This document shows positions 7,109 through 14,999 of a stretch of 32,000 nt of DNA, piece by piece (within the stretch, counting starts at the first letter, position 1; each line of letters opens with the position of its first letter). The stretch covers positions 2,400,001 through 2,432,000 of the forward strand of contig FP565575.1 of assembly GCA_000091165.1 (NCBI GenBank), written 5' to 3'. The position numbers were made by a program, and so were the translations under genes. The notes beneath the pieces were generated by a model. It did no database searches and was not told the DNA's origin. It saw nothing but the letters and a program-made list of their open reading frames with translations. This stretch comes from Candidatus Methylomirabilis oxygeniifera. Its GTDB lineage: Bacteria > Methylomirabilota > Methylomirabilia > Methylomirabilales > Methylomirabilaceae.

Positions 7109-8374
7109 ATGGGTGAGTTTCATCAGATCATCATCGGAGCCAGCGCGGCAGGCCTCGCAGCCGTCGAAGCGATTCGGCGAGTGGACAAGGACTGCCCGAT
7201 TACGGTCGTCTCGAAGGAGCCGATGCCGCTCTACTCGCGGGTTGGCCTTACCCACTTCATCTCCCGAGAGGTCGGCTACGACGGGATGCGGATGCGGGAC
7301 GATGACTACTTCGAGCGGATGAGAGTGCGGGACCTGATGGGCGTGGCCGCTCTCGCCGTCGATCCCACTGCTCGCCGTGTCGCGCTGAGCAACGGCGAGA
7401 ACTTGGCCTACGACAACCTGCTGGTGGCATCCGGCTCTCACGCCGTTATGCCACCGATCCCAGGGACGAATCTCCAAGGCGTCTACACCTGCATCACCAA
7501 CGTCGATGCGAAACAGATCGACGAGGCGATCCCCCGGGCGAACGCGGCTGTCGTGATCGGTGCGGGCCTGATCGGGATCCAGGTCGTCGATGCTTTCGCC
7601 CATCGCGGCCTGAATACAACCGTCATCGAACAGATGCCGCACATCATGCCTGCCATGGCCGATCCGGTCTCCGCCGCGATGGCGGAGGAGGCGCTTCGGG
7701 AAGCCGGGGTGACGGTCAGGTGCGGTGTCAGAGCTACGGAATTGTTGAGCAAGGACGGTTGCGTCACCGGCGTAAAGGTTGAAGGTGGCGAGGTGTTTCC
7801 ATGCCAGCTCCTGGTCATGGCGGCCGGTGTCGCGCCTAACCTCGACTTTCTCAGCGGAACCGGTGTGAGCATGAACCGCGGGCTGGTAGTGGATGCCTAT
7901 CAGCGAACGAGCCTGGACGGGATCTATGCGGCCGGCGATGTCGCCGAGACTGTCGATATGTTCAGCGGCGAGCGAGTGGTGAACGCTATCTGGCCTGAAG
8001 CGCTGAACCAAGGAAGGATTGCCGGGCTGAACATGACTGGGGTCGCCACGCCGTACGAGGGGTCGATGGCGATGAATGTGACCTCGGTCCTGCAGACCCC
8101 GGTCGTGTCATTAGGCGCGTGGAATTTACAGCCTGGTGACCGGTATGAGATCCGGGAGGTCCGCGACGACGGAAGGCGAGCCTACCGTAAGCTGGCCTTC
8201 GATGGGGAACAGCTTGTGGGCGCGATGTTGGTGGGCAGGTTCGAGGATGCCGGGATTCTCCACAACATGATCCGAAGCCGGACCACCTTTACCTTGCAGC
8301 CGGACCACCTGGCTCCGGACACCGTCCGCTGGGGAACGGTATTGCGAGCCATCCACAAGGCCGGTAGAGTGTGA
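7109..8374 (+). CDS. FAD/NAD(P)-dependent pyridine-nucleotide-disulfide-type oxidoreductase (AorC-like)
   Basis: 421 aa. Two Rossmann dinucleotide motifs are present (IIIGASAAGLAA and VVIGAGLIGIQV), plus GDVA near the FAD-binding end. Confidence 0.9.
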   Translation: MGEFHQIIIGASAAGLAAVEAIRRVDKDCPITVVSKEPMPLYSRVGLTHFISREVGYDGMRMRDDDYFERMRVRDLMGVAALAVDPTARRVALSNGENLAYDNLLVASGSHAVMPPIPGTNLQGVYTCITNVDAKQIDEAIPRANAAVVIGAGLIGIQVVDAFAHRGLNTTVIEQMPHIMPAMADPVSAAMAEEALREAGVTVRCGVRATELLSKDGCVTGVKVEGGEVFPCQLLVMAAGVAPNLDFLSGTGVSMNRGLVVDAYQRTSLDGIYAAGDVAETVDMFSGERVVNAIWPEALNQGRIAGLNMTGVATPYEGSMAMNVTSVLQTPVVSLGAWNLQPGDRYEIREVRDDGRRAYRKLAFDGEQLVGAMLVGRFEDAGILHNMIRSRTTFTLQPDHLAPDTVRWGTVLRAIHKAGRV

Positions 8375-8646
8375 AGGTCGAGGTGTCGTTGTTCGGGACG
8401 CTGGCTCAGTACCTGCCGAGAGGGACTCAGGGCCGCACGGTCATCATGGACTGTCCCGACGGGGTCACGGTCGGGCAGGTGATCGACCAGATCGGCATCC
8501 CAAAGCCGTACCCCACGATGATCCTCGTCAACGGCATCCACGCCGACCCGGACACTCAACTTCAAGAAGGCGATCTTCTCGCTCTGTTCCCACCCCTGGC
8601 CGGCGGGTCACTCATCGCCTTGGCCGGAAGGCCGAGCTGCTCGTAA
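8371..8646 (+). CDS. ThiS/MoaD-family beta-grasp protein with internal ...PPLAGG followed by a 12-aa tail
   Basis: 91 aa. The GTG start overlaps the upstream stop (GTGA). The sequence contains ...ILVNGIHADPDTQLQEGDLLALFPPLAGG, then SLIALAGRPSCS. The GG codons end at 8607, exactly where the convergent NUDIX ORF begins to overlap. Confidence 0.75.
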   Translation: MKVEVSLFGTLAQYLPRGTQGRTVIMDCPDGVTVGQVIDQIGIPKPYPTMILVNGIHADPDTQLQEGDLLALFPPLAGGSLIALAGRPSCS

Positions 8647-9045
8647 GTGTTCATGGGCCTGCGCCAGGAGATCCTGGGAATTCTTGAAGGTTAACCGGCT
8701 CATAGCGAGGTCATATGGAAGCCAGTCGAAGCCGATATGTTCATCGGAGAGGCTGACCTCGGACCAATCTGTTTCTGCGAGGAAGTAGATGACGAGCTTG
8801 AAGATTCCGATCCCTTTCTGACGGAAAAAATATCGGAGCGACTGTTTGTAGCCGTCTACAAAGCTGAGATCGGAGATTCCGGTCTCCTCCTTCAACTCGC
8901 GCATGGCCGTTTGTTGCGCGTCTTCGCCAGGTTCGATATGGCCCTTTGGAAAGTCCCAGTGGCCTGATTCGTAATGGAGCAGCAGGTAGTGCGGTTCCGG
9001 CGTCCGCCGAAACAGGATTACCCCTGCCGAGATCTCGCGTGCCAT
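8608..9045 (-). CDS. NUDIX hydrolase (Ap4A-hydrolase-like)
   Basis: 145 aa with an intact Nudix box, GHIEPGEDAQQTAMRELKEETGI. The N-terminal SAGVILFR...YLLL fits the bis(5'-nucleosyl)-tetraphosphatase-like subgroup. Confidence 0.9.
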   Translation of the reverse strand: MAREISAGVILFRRTPEPHYLLLHYESGHWDFPKGHIEPGEDAQQTAMRELKEETGISDLSFVDGYKQSLRYFFRQKGIGIFKLVIYFLAETDWSEVSLSDEHIGFDWLPYDLAMSRLTFKNSQDLLAQAHEHLRAARPSGQGDE

Positions 9046-9155
9046 ATCACCTCAATCTTGCTCAACTCGCTTACTCTGTAACAAAGATGAGCGGTGTTAA
9101 ATCGTACGCCATTTTCTGCTTTCCTCAGGATACCCATTATGCTATATAGTATCAC

Positions 9156-9473
9156 ATGAACAGCAGGTCGGTTTCATGCCCGCCGTTTAAGGTCTATGGC
9201 ATCAATCTGGTGGTCAGGATGCTTCGGGAACCGCCGGATAGCCTGACGATTCACTGTCCGCGTGGCGCCTCCATCAGATACGGCCAGGTCGTGATGGCCG
9301 GCGACGGTTTTGATGAAGGGTCCAATTCCTTTCGGGAGATGCCTCCGCTTGAAGCGATTGTCGCCTTCGAGGAGGCCTCCGAAGGCGTAGAAGGGCACTA
9401 TTTCTACCGGAACAACGAGGAGTACCGAATCCTTTCGCTGGATTCGATCATCATCGCCTTCCCTCAGCCATAG
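9156..9473 (+). CDS. Hypothetical small protein (105 aa); strand assignment uncertain
   Basis: It competes with the antisense ORF 9174..9614. By hand count, third-position G+C is about 70% in the plus frame and about 57% in the minus frame. The minus product is about 16% Arg, typical of a shadow frame. I recognise no family. Confidence 0.4.
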   Translation: MNSRSVSCPPFKVYGINLVVRMLREPPDSLTIHCPRGASIRYGQVVMAGDGFDEGSNSFREMPPLEAIVAFEEASEGVEGHYFYRNNEEYRILSLDSIIIAFPQP

Positions 9474-9546
9474 CTCCTCTCTGACTTCTATCCGTACTCG
9501 CTTCAGTATGCGACGGTCCTCGTCCGCCCGATCTCTCATGGATTCT

Positions 9547-10524
9547 TTATGAGAGAGGTCGTTCTGCCAGCAGTCTCTCAATGTCGGCCTTAGCGGGCAG
9601 TGATTCTTGCGCACCGCGCCTGGTCGTGGTCAAGGCGCCGGCCGCATTCGCTATGCGCACGGCGTCCTCCAACAACCGGAATCGGCCGGCGTGAAGCGCG
9701 TCGGCCGGAGACTCCCCGGCCATCGCCATAGCCAGCGCGCCGTTGAACGCGTCACCGGCGGCGGTGGTATCGACAGCCTCGACCGGAAAGGCCGGCAGAT
9801 GTCGCATGCCGGAGGCTGCGCACAGCAACGTTCCCTGAGAGCCACGCGTCACAATGACGACGTGAGGGCCGCGCGTAAGCAGCGTCTTGGCTGCTGCTAC
9901 AGCGCTGGGCAGGTCGGAGACGGCGATCCCCGTCAATGCTTCGGCCTCGGTCTCGTTCGGCGTCAGCAGATCGACATGGCACAGCAGATCGTCCGACAAA
10001 GGGCGCGCAGGCGCCGGATTCAGGATGGTCATCATCCCGTGGGCCTTAGCGAACCGTAGCGCACGCTCGACGGTCACGATCGGGATTTCGAGTTGTACAA
10101 GCATAACGGTTCCTTGGGCCAGGAAGGGCTCGTGCTGCTCAACGTCTACCGGCAGGAGCAACCGATTGCTGCCTGGCGCCACGGCGATCTGATTCCGTCC
10201 CTGTCGATCAACAACAATGAGGGCAACGCCTGTCGGCGCCGACTCGTGTCGAAGCAGGCCGTCGGCCGGCAGTCCCGCTGCGGTGAGGTCGCGGCAAATC
10301 CGGTCGCCGAACGGATCGCGCCCGAGCTTCGTGAGAAACCGGACATCAGCTCCCGCCCGAAGCGCTGCGATGGCCTGATTCGCGCCTTTCCCACCGTTCG
10401 AGAGAAGCAGTGCGCCGCCGAGGACCGTCTCTCCCTCTCGCGGCAGTGTGGAGACAGTCACGGTCACATCAAGGTTGGCGCTCCCGATGACGACAACCTG
10501 TCCGCTCAGGTGAGCGGCCGGCAT
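9547..10524 (-). CDS. rbsK: Ribokinase (PfkB family)
   Basis: Motifs: VVVIGSANLDV, GGKGANQA and the C-terminal DTTAAGDAFNGALA. I prefer Met27 of the track ORF (ATG at 10524), which gives a 19-nt overlap with the upstream gene. The longer start at 10602 would overlap by 97 nt. Confidence 0.9.
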   Translation of the reverse strand: MPAAHLSGQVVVIGSANLDVTVTVSTLPREGETVLGGALLLSNGGKGANQAIAALRAGADVRFLTKLGRDPFGDRICRDLTAAGLPADGLLRHESAPTGVALIVVDRQGRNQIAVAPGSNRLLLPVDVEQHEPFLAQGTVMLVQLEIPIVTVERALRFAKAHGMMTILNPAPARPLSDDLLCHVDLLTPNETEAEALTGIAVSDLPSAVAAAKTLLTRGPHVVIVTRGSQGTLLCAASGMRHLPAFPVEAVDTTAAGDAFNGALAMAMAGESPADALHAGRFRLLEDAVRIANAAGALTTTRRGAQESLPAKADIERLLAERPLS

Positions 10525-11492
10525 ATCCGCTCCAGGAAAAGGGCCATGAACCGTCCGGCATCTACCTCCATACAGACCTGAAGATTCGGCGGCTGTTTCC
10601 ATTCCTCCCTGATCTGACGTCTGTCGGCAATGGTCATCCCTTGCGCTGAACCGTCGCCTGTCTCCACTTCGACGTGCAGTGGCCGACGCACCACAAGTGA
10701 CGGATCGATCACGACACCGACGGCAAGCGGATCATGGAGCGGGATCGCAGCGCACCCCGACCGCTCTTGTTCAATGCCGAACAGTCGCTCAGTGACATCG
10801 CGGACGAACCGGGTCACGCGACTGCCGACATGTCGAACGACGGCCTCAATCAACTCCGCCCTGAGCATGACCCGCTGTGTGACATCCAAGGGAACGAGAG
10901 TAATCGGCAAGCCGGAGGTGAACACCAGCCTGGCGGCCTCGGGATCGGTATAGAGATTAAACTCCGCTCCGGGTGTAACGTTGCCCGGCCCTTGGATCGC
11001 CCCGCCCATAATGACGATCTCTTTGACCTTCGCCATCTCGGTTGGGGCCGCCTGGATCGCCATCGCCAGGTTGGTCAACGGCCCAATGCAGATCACGACG
11101 ATCTCCCCGGGAGCGCCACTAATGAGTTCGGCAATCAATGCCGGGGCGGATTGGGATGCGAGACGTTGTTGCGGTTCGGGGTATCGGAGTACCCCAGCCT
11201 CTGTCCTGAAACGAGAAAGGTCTCCGAGACCGTCCTCGCCGTGGTAACTCTCGGCAGTACGCAGCGGCCGCGTCATGGGATGTGTCGCGCCCTTCGCTAC
11301 CGGGGGTCGTGGGTGCGGATCCGTCACCTCAAGCAGCAGGCTGGTGTTCCGCACCGCCTGCGCGACCGTGACATTACCGGCCACGGTCGTGATCGCCTCA
11401 ACCGATAACTCCGGCGAGGCGAGAGCGAGGATCAGCGCCAGCGCATCATCAATGCCCGGATCGGTGTCGATAATCACGCGTATCTTGGACAT
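10506..11492 (-). CDS. Inosine/uridine-preferring nucleoside hydrolase (IUNH/Rih family)
   Basis: 328 aa. The N-terminal IIDTDPGIDDALAL is the family fingerprint (DxDxxxDD). AGGAG lies 9 nt upstream of the ATG. Confidence 0.92.
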   Translation of the reverse strand: MSKIRVIIDTDPGIDDALALILALASPELSVEAITTVAGNVTVAQAVRNTSLLLEVTDPHPRPPVAKGATHPMTRPLRTAESYHGEDGLGDLSRFRTEAGVLRYPEPQQRLASQSAPALIAELISGAPGEIVVICIGPLTNLAMAIQAAPTEMAKVKEIVIMGGAIQGPGNVTPGAEFNLYTDPEAARLVFTSGLPITLVPLDVTQRVMLRAELIEAVVRHVGSRVTRFVRDVTERLFGIEQERSGCAAIPLHDPLAVGVVIDPSLVVRRPLHVEVETGDGSAQGMTIADRRQIREEWKQPPNLQVCMEVDAGRFMALFLERICRPLT

Positions 11493-11698
11493 CTATTCGG
11501 CTCCTGTGCAGGTATTGTAATCGAGTTTGGCTCGATCTGCTACCCCAAGTATCCGGGATTAAGATGAACGGCCGCCAATGGTGCACCTGTCACGGCATCG
11601 TAGCGTTTTTCCTGTTGACCCTCTGGGGCTATGTCTGTTAAGGTGTAACGCGTCTTTCGGGGCAACAGCTATTCGATTTGCAATCCGCGGAGGTCACG

Positions 11699-12265
11699 AT
11701 GTCGGGATCGGCCCATCACCACTGGACACGAAGAGCCTTCCTGAGGGCCTCTCTTGTCTCCGCCCTTGCGCTCGTCGGCAGGCCGGCGTGGGCGCAGGAG
11801 CTGGTCATCCCTTCGGGCCAGGAGGGGAGGATCGCACTGTATAACACCCACACCCACGAACGACTGGATGTCACGTACCGGCAGCCGTCCGGTGAGTACG
11901 ATGCGGATGCGCTGAGCGCCATCGATCAGCTTCTGCGATGCCACTATACCAATAAAGTCGCCAAGATGGATGTCGGCGTGATCGAGTTTGTGAACGCCCT
12001 GGATAAGCGGTTAGGCGGGGGCAATGAGATTCATGTCATATCGGGTTTCAGGTCGCCTGAGTATAATAAACTGCTGCGACAAAGAAGTCGGCGTGTTGCC
12101 AGACACAGCCTCCATCAGTCCGGCAAGGCCATAGATCTCCGCATTCCGGGAGTTGGCCTGAATGCTATTCGGAAAATGGCTCTGGATTTACGGTCCGGCG
12201 GAGTCGGCTACTATCCCCGCAGAGGGTTCATCCACCTGGATTCCGGGCAGTTTAGGCACTGGTGA
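11699..12265 (+). CDS. DUF882 / peptidase M15A family protein (YcbK/MepK-like) with a Tat signal
   Basis: The twin-arginine signal is HHWTRRAFLRASLVSALALVGRPAWA. Motifs: ISGFRSPEYN, HSLHQSGKAIDL and GGVGYYPRRGFIHLD. The start is taken at the ATG at 11699, which has GGAGG 5 nt upstream. The track ORF starts at 11678. Confidence 0.85.
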   Translation: MSGSAHHHWTRRAFLRASLVSALALVGRPAWAQELVIPSGQEGRIALYNTHTHERLDVTYRQPSGEYDADALSAIDQLLRCHYTNKVAKMDVGVIEFVNALDKRLGGGNEIHVISGFRSPEYNKLLRQRSRRVARHSLHQSGKAIDLRIPGVGLNAIRKMALDLRSGGVGYYPRRGFIHLDSGQFRHW

Positions 12266-13134
12266 GTAGCCGGCCTCTTTGGCGGACCTTCATTGTCGCC
12301 TGCTTCCTCCTGTTATCCGCGCCCAGTGATCTCTGGAGTGCGACTTCTCCTCCTCCTTCCCGCTGTACCATTCAGTATCCCAGTGATACCAGGATAGATT
12401 GGGAATGCCGGCGGCTGCGCGCCCGCGAGACGCTGGAAACCCTGTTTGGGAACCAATGGGTGGATCTGGCCAGATTCAACCGGATCGATCGGCGTCATGC
12501 CATTCCTGGTGTTTCTCTGAAGGTCCCAAAGCGCCTTGAGGACGTGGCGGGCTTCACACCGATGCCCCAGGAGTACCCACTAGCGGCAGCAGAGGCGAAG
12601 CTCATCCTCGTAGATCTTGCGGAGCAGTTTCTCGGCGCCTATGAGCATGGTCGCTTGGCGTTCTCGGTGCCGATTGCCTCAGGCGAGCGGGAGAACGAAA
12701 CCCCGGCAGGCGAGTTTACAATTACTGCCGCCCACCGCCGCCATCATTCGTCCCGCTATACCATCGAGAAGACCGGTATTCCATATCCCATGAACTACGC
12801 CCTTCGGTTCCACACCAGTACGGACGGTATCGCATTCTGGATGCACGGGCGCGACATGCCCGGATATCCGGCCTCACACGGCTGCATCGGGCTCTACGAT
12901 GAGCCGATGCAGAAGAAGTACTACGGATACCCCCGCAAGCCGGTCCTTGAAGATGCCAGGACTCTCTATAATTGGGTATTAGCGCCGCTTCCTGAGGACG
13001 AGAAGTATCGGATCCTTGACAATGGGCCACGGGTGTTGATTGTAGGACATGCACCGGTTCGCATGCGACGATCGAGTCGGGATCACTCACGTACCCAACC
13101 TGCCCCTCGAATCGCTCCCGACGCCATACATTAA
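12262..13134 (+). CDS. L,D-transpeptidase (YkuD domain) with an N-terminal signal and a LysM-like segment
   Basis: The catalytic motif is YPASHGCIGL. A signal-like N-terminus is present (LWRTFIVACFLLLSAPS). The GTG start overlaps the upstream stop (GTGA), indicating an operon with the DUF882 gene. Confidence 0.85.
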   Translation: MSSRPLWRTFIVACFLLLSAPSDLWSATSPPPSRCTIQYPSDTRIDWECRRLRARETLETLFGNQWVDLARFNRIDRRHAIPGVSLKVPKRLEDVAGFTPMPQEYPLAAAEAKLILVDLAEQFLGAYEHGRLAFSVPIASGERENETPAGEFTITAAHRRHHSSRYTIEKTGIPYPMNYALRFHTSTDGIAFWMHGRDMPGYPASHGCIGLYDEPMQKKYYGYPRKPVLEDARTLYNWVLAPLPEDEKYRILDNGPRVLIVGHAPVRMRRSSRDHSRTQPAPRIAPDAIH

Positions 13135-13207
13135 GACGAAACCGATCCGCTGCGCCTGCCGAACCGGGAAGACCATTGTCACGTTCCTCCAGCAGGATAC
13201 TTGGCGC

Positions 13208-13236
13208 TTGGAATCCGGCGCCGGTCCGTGTAAGAT
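13208..13236 (+). promoter_or_regulatory. Sigma-70-like promoter for the permease gene, leaderless geometry
   Basis: TTGGAA (13208-13213), a 17-nt spacer, TAAGAT (13231-13236), then 9 nt to the ATG at 13246. There is no SD; the intervening sequence is ACCCCTCCA. Confidence 0.45.
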
Positions 13237-13245
13237 ACCCCTCCA

Positions 13246-14784
13246 ATGAAATACCGCTGGTTCGTCCGAGGCGATATCGACGGCTTCTTCGGCCTGTTCA
13301 TCGACAACCTGCTGCAGCTCATGGTGATCGCCGTGCTGGGCCGGGTGGTGAGCGGACTGCCCACTGAGCTGATCACCGGGCGGATCCTTCCTGGCGCTGC
13401 TGTCTCAATTCTGATCGGCAACCTCCTCTATGCCTGGCAGGCGAGGCGGCTGATGCGTGAGAGCGGCCGGACCGATGTGACCGCTCTGCCTTATGGCATC
13501 AATACCCCAAGCCTCCTCGCTTTCCTGTTCCTGATTATGGGACCGGTCTATCAGGAGACCGGCAATCCTACCTTGGCGTGGCAGGCCGGGTTGCTGGCCT
13601 GCCTGCTCAGCGGTATCATGGAGACGGCGGGAGCTTTTATTGGGGACTGGATGAGACGCCATACGCCACGGGCAGCGCTCCTGTCGGCGCTTGCGGGTGT
13701 GGCGATCACCTTCATCGCTATGGGTTTCACCTTCCAAATCTTTGCCGTCCCCGCAATCGCGCTGCTCCCGATGCTGATGATCCTGATCTCATATGCCTCG
13801 CATGTCCGCCTGCCGCTCGGAATACCCGGAGGGCTGGCCGCTGTCCTCGTCGGCACCGGTCTGGCGTGGATCTTGCGCGCGGCGGGTTTCGCGTATTTCC
13901 AGCCCTCAGTAGAGCCCTATCGTCTGGCCCTCTACCCCCCTATTCCGGCAGTGGGAGAGCTCCTTGCCGTACTGCAAGGGCCGATGGGATGGCGGTTCCT
14001 CTCGGTCATTGTCCCGATGGGACTGTTCAACGTCATCGGCTCACTCCAGAACCTGGAGAGCGCAGAGGCGGCCGGTGATCGATACCCGACGCGATCGTCG
14101 CTCCTGATCAACGGTATCGGCAGTGTGACCGCAGCCCTGTTCGGCAGCGCCTTCCCGACGACGATCTATATCGGGCATCCGGGCTGGAAGGCGATGGGCG
14201 CCAGGGCGGGCTACTCGATCCTGAACGGGACGGTCATTGCGGCCCTGTGCCTGCTCGGAGGGGTGACTCTGATCCTCCAGTATATTCCGATCGAGGCGAC
14301 CCTTGGCATCCTGGTGTGGATCGGGATCATCATCACGGCCCAAGCCTTCCAGGAGGTACCGAAACGGCATGCCCTGGCCGTAGCCTTCGGCCTCGTCCCG
14401 TCACTGGCGGCTTGGGCGCTCACCGTGATCGAGACGAGCGTGCAGAAGGCAGGCCGGACTCTGTTCGAGGTGGCGCCGGCCTTTGGCCGCGACCTGCATA
14501 TCTACGGTGTCATCTCCCTGAGCCAGGGGTTTCTGCTCAGTTCCATGATCCTTTCAGCGATGCTGGTGGCGGTCATAGAGCGGGAATTTCTAAAGGCCGT
14601 TGTCTGGGCCGCCATCGCTGCAGGGCTGTCGATGATCGGCCTGATCCATGCCTACGATCTGGTCCCCTCAGGGGTACAGAACAGGTTTGGAATTGCGGCG
14701 GCTCCTGAGTTTGCCCTGATGTATGGGCTGGGCGGTCTGTTCCTGCTGATGCTGCATCTGAACGAGAATCGGCGTTGCCCCTAG
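13246..14784 (+). CDS. Multi-pass membrane transporter, probably an NCS2/AzgA-like nucleobase permease
   Basis: 512 aa with about 12 or more hydrophobic segments. The N-terminus FVRGDIDGFFGLFIDNLLQL resembles xanthine/uracil-permease-family proteins as I remember them. The context (nucleoside hydrolase, ribokinase, hpt nearby) fits. Substrate is not established. Confidence 0.7.
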   Translation: MKYRWFVRGDIDGFFGLFIDNLLQLMVIAVLGRVVSGLPTELITGRILPGAAVSILIGNLLYAWQARRLMRESGRTDVTALPYGINTPSLLAFLFLIMGPVYQETGNPTLAWQAGLLACLLSGIMETAGAFIGDWMRRHTPRAALLSALAGVAITFIAMGFTFQIFAVPAIALLPMLMILISYASHVRLPLGIPGGLAAVLVGTGLAWILRAAGFAYFQPSVEPYRLALYPPIPAVGELLAVLQGPMGWRFLSVIVPMGLFNVIGSLQNLESAEAAGDRYPTRSSLLINGIGSVTAALFGSAFPTTIYIGHPGWKAMGARAGYSILNGTVIAALCLLGGVTLILQYIPIEATLGILVWIGIIITAQAFQEVPKRHALAVAFGLVPSLAAWALTVIETSVQKAGRTLFEVAPAFGRDLHIYGVISLSQGFLLSSMILSAMLVAVIEREFLKAVVWAAIAAGLSMIGLIHAYDLVPSGVQNRFGIAAAPEFALMYGLGGLFLLMLHLNENRRCP

Positions 14785-14999
14785 CAGTCTACCACCGCTC
14801 CACCTTCGAGAGGCCGCTAACTATCACCGCAAGCAGAAGCGCTAGGTCCGAGCTTGGATTGTGGGGTACCCTATACTCTGCTATGCTGATGTATGCTAGT
14901 ATTAGTTGTTGTCAATTGCCTGCCTTACGAGACACCGGATGGACTCTACGGCTGCAGAGAGAGATATGAGAGGGATCGCCAGGCGCGAGGAGGAGCTTC

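Noticed and set aside
9174-9614. 146-aa minus-strand ORF between the ribokinase and NUDIX genes, possibly a third gene of the ribokinase operon (ATG at 9538, 8 nt after the rbsK stop).
   Set aside because: Its third-position G+C is lower than that of the overlapping plus-strand ORF (about 57% versus 70% by hand count). The product is about 16% Arg, and there is no SD. It is kept as an open alternative in the findings rather than called as a feature.
14854-14877. TTGGAT ... TATACT upstream of gltA, considered as a promoter.
   Set aside because: The spacer is only 12 nt. The TATACT box may still be a real -10, since it resembles the ABC-F -10 context, but no acceptable -35 is present, so no promoter feature is called.
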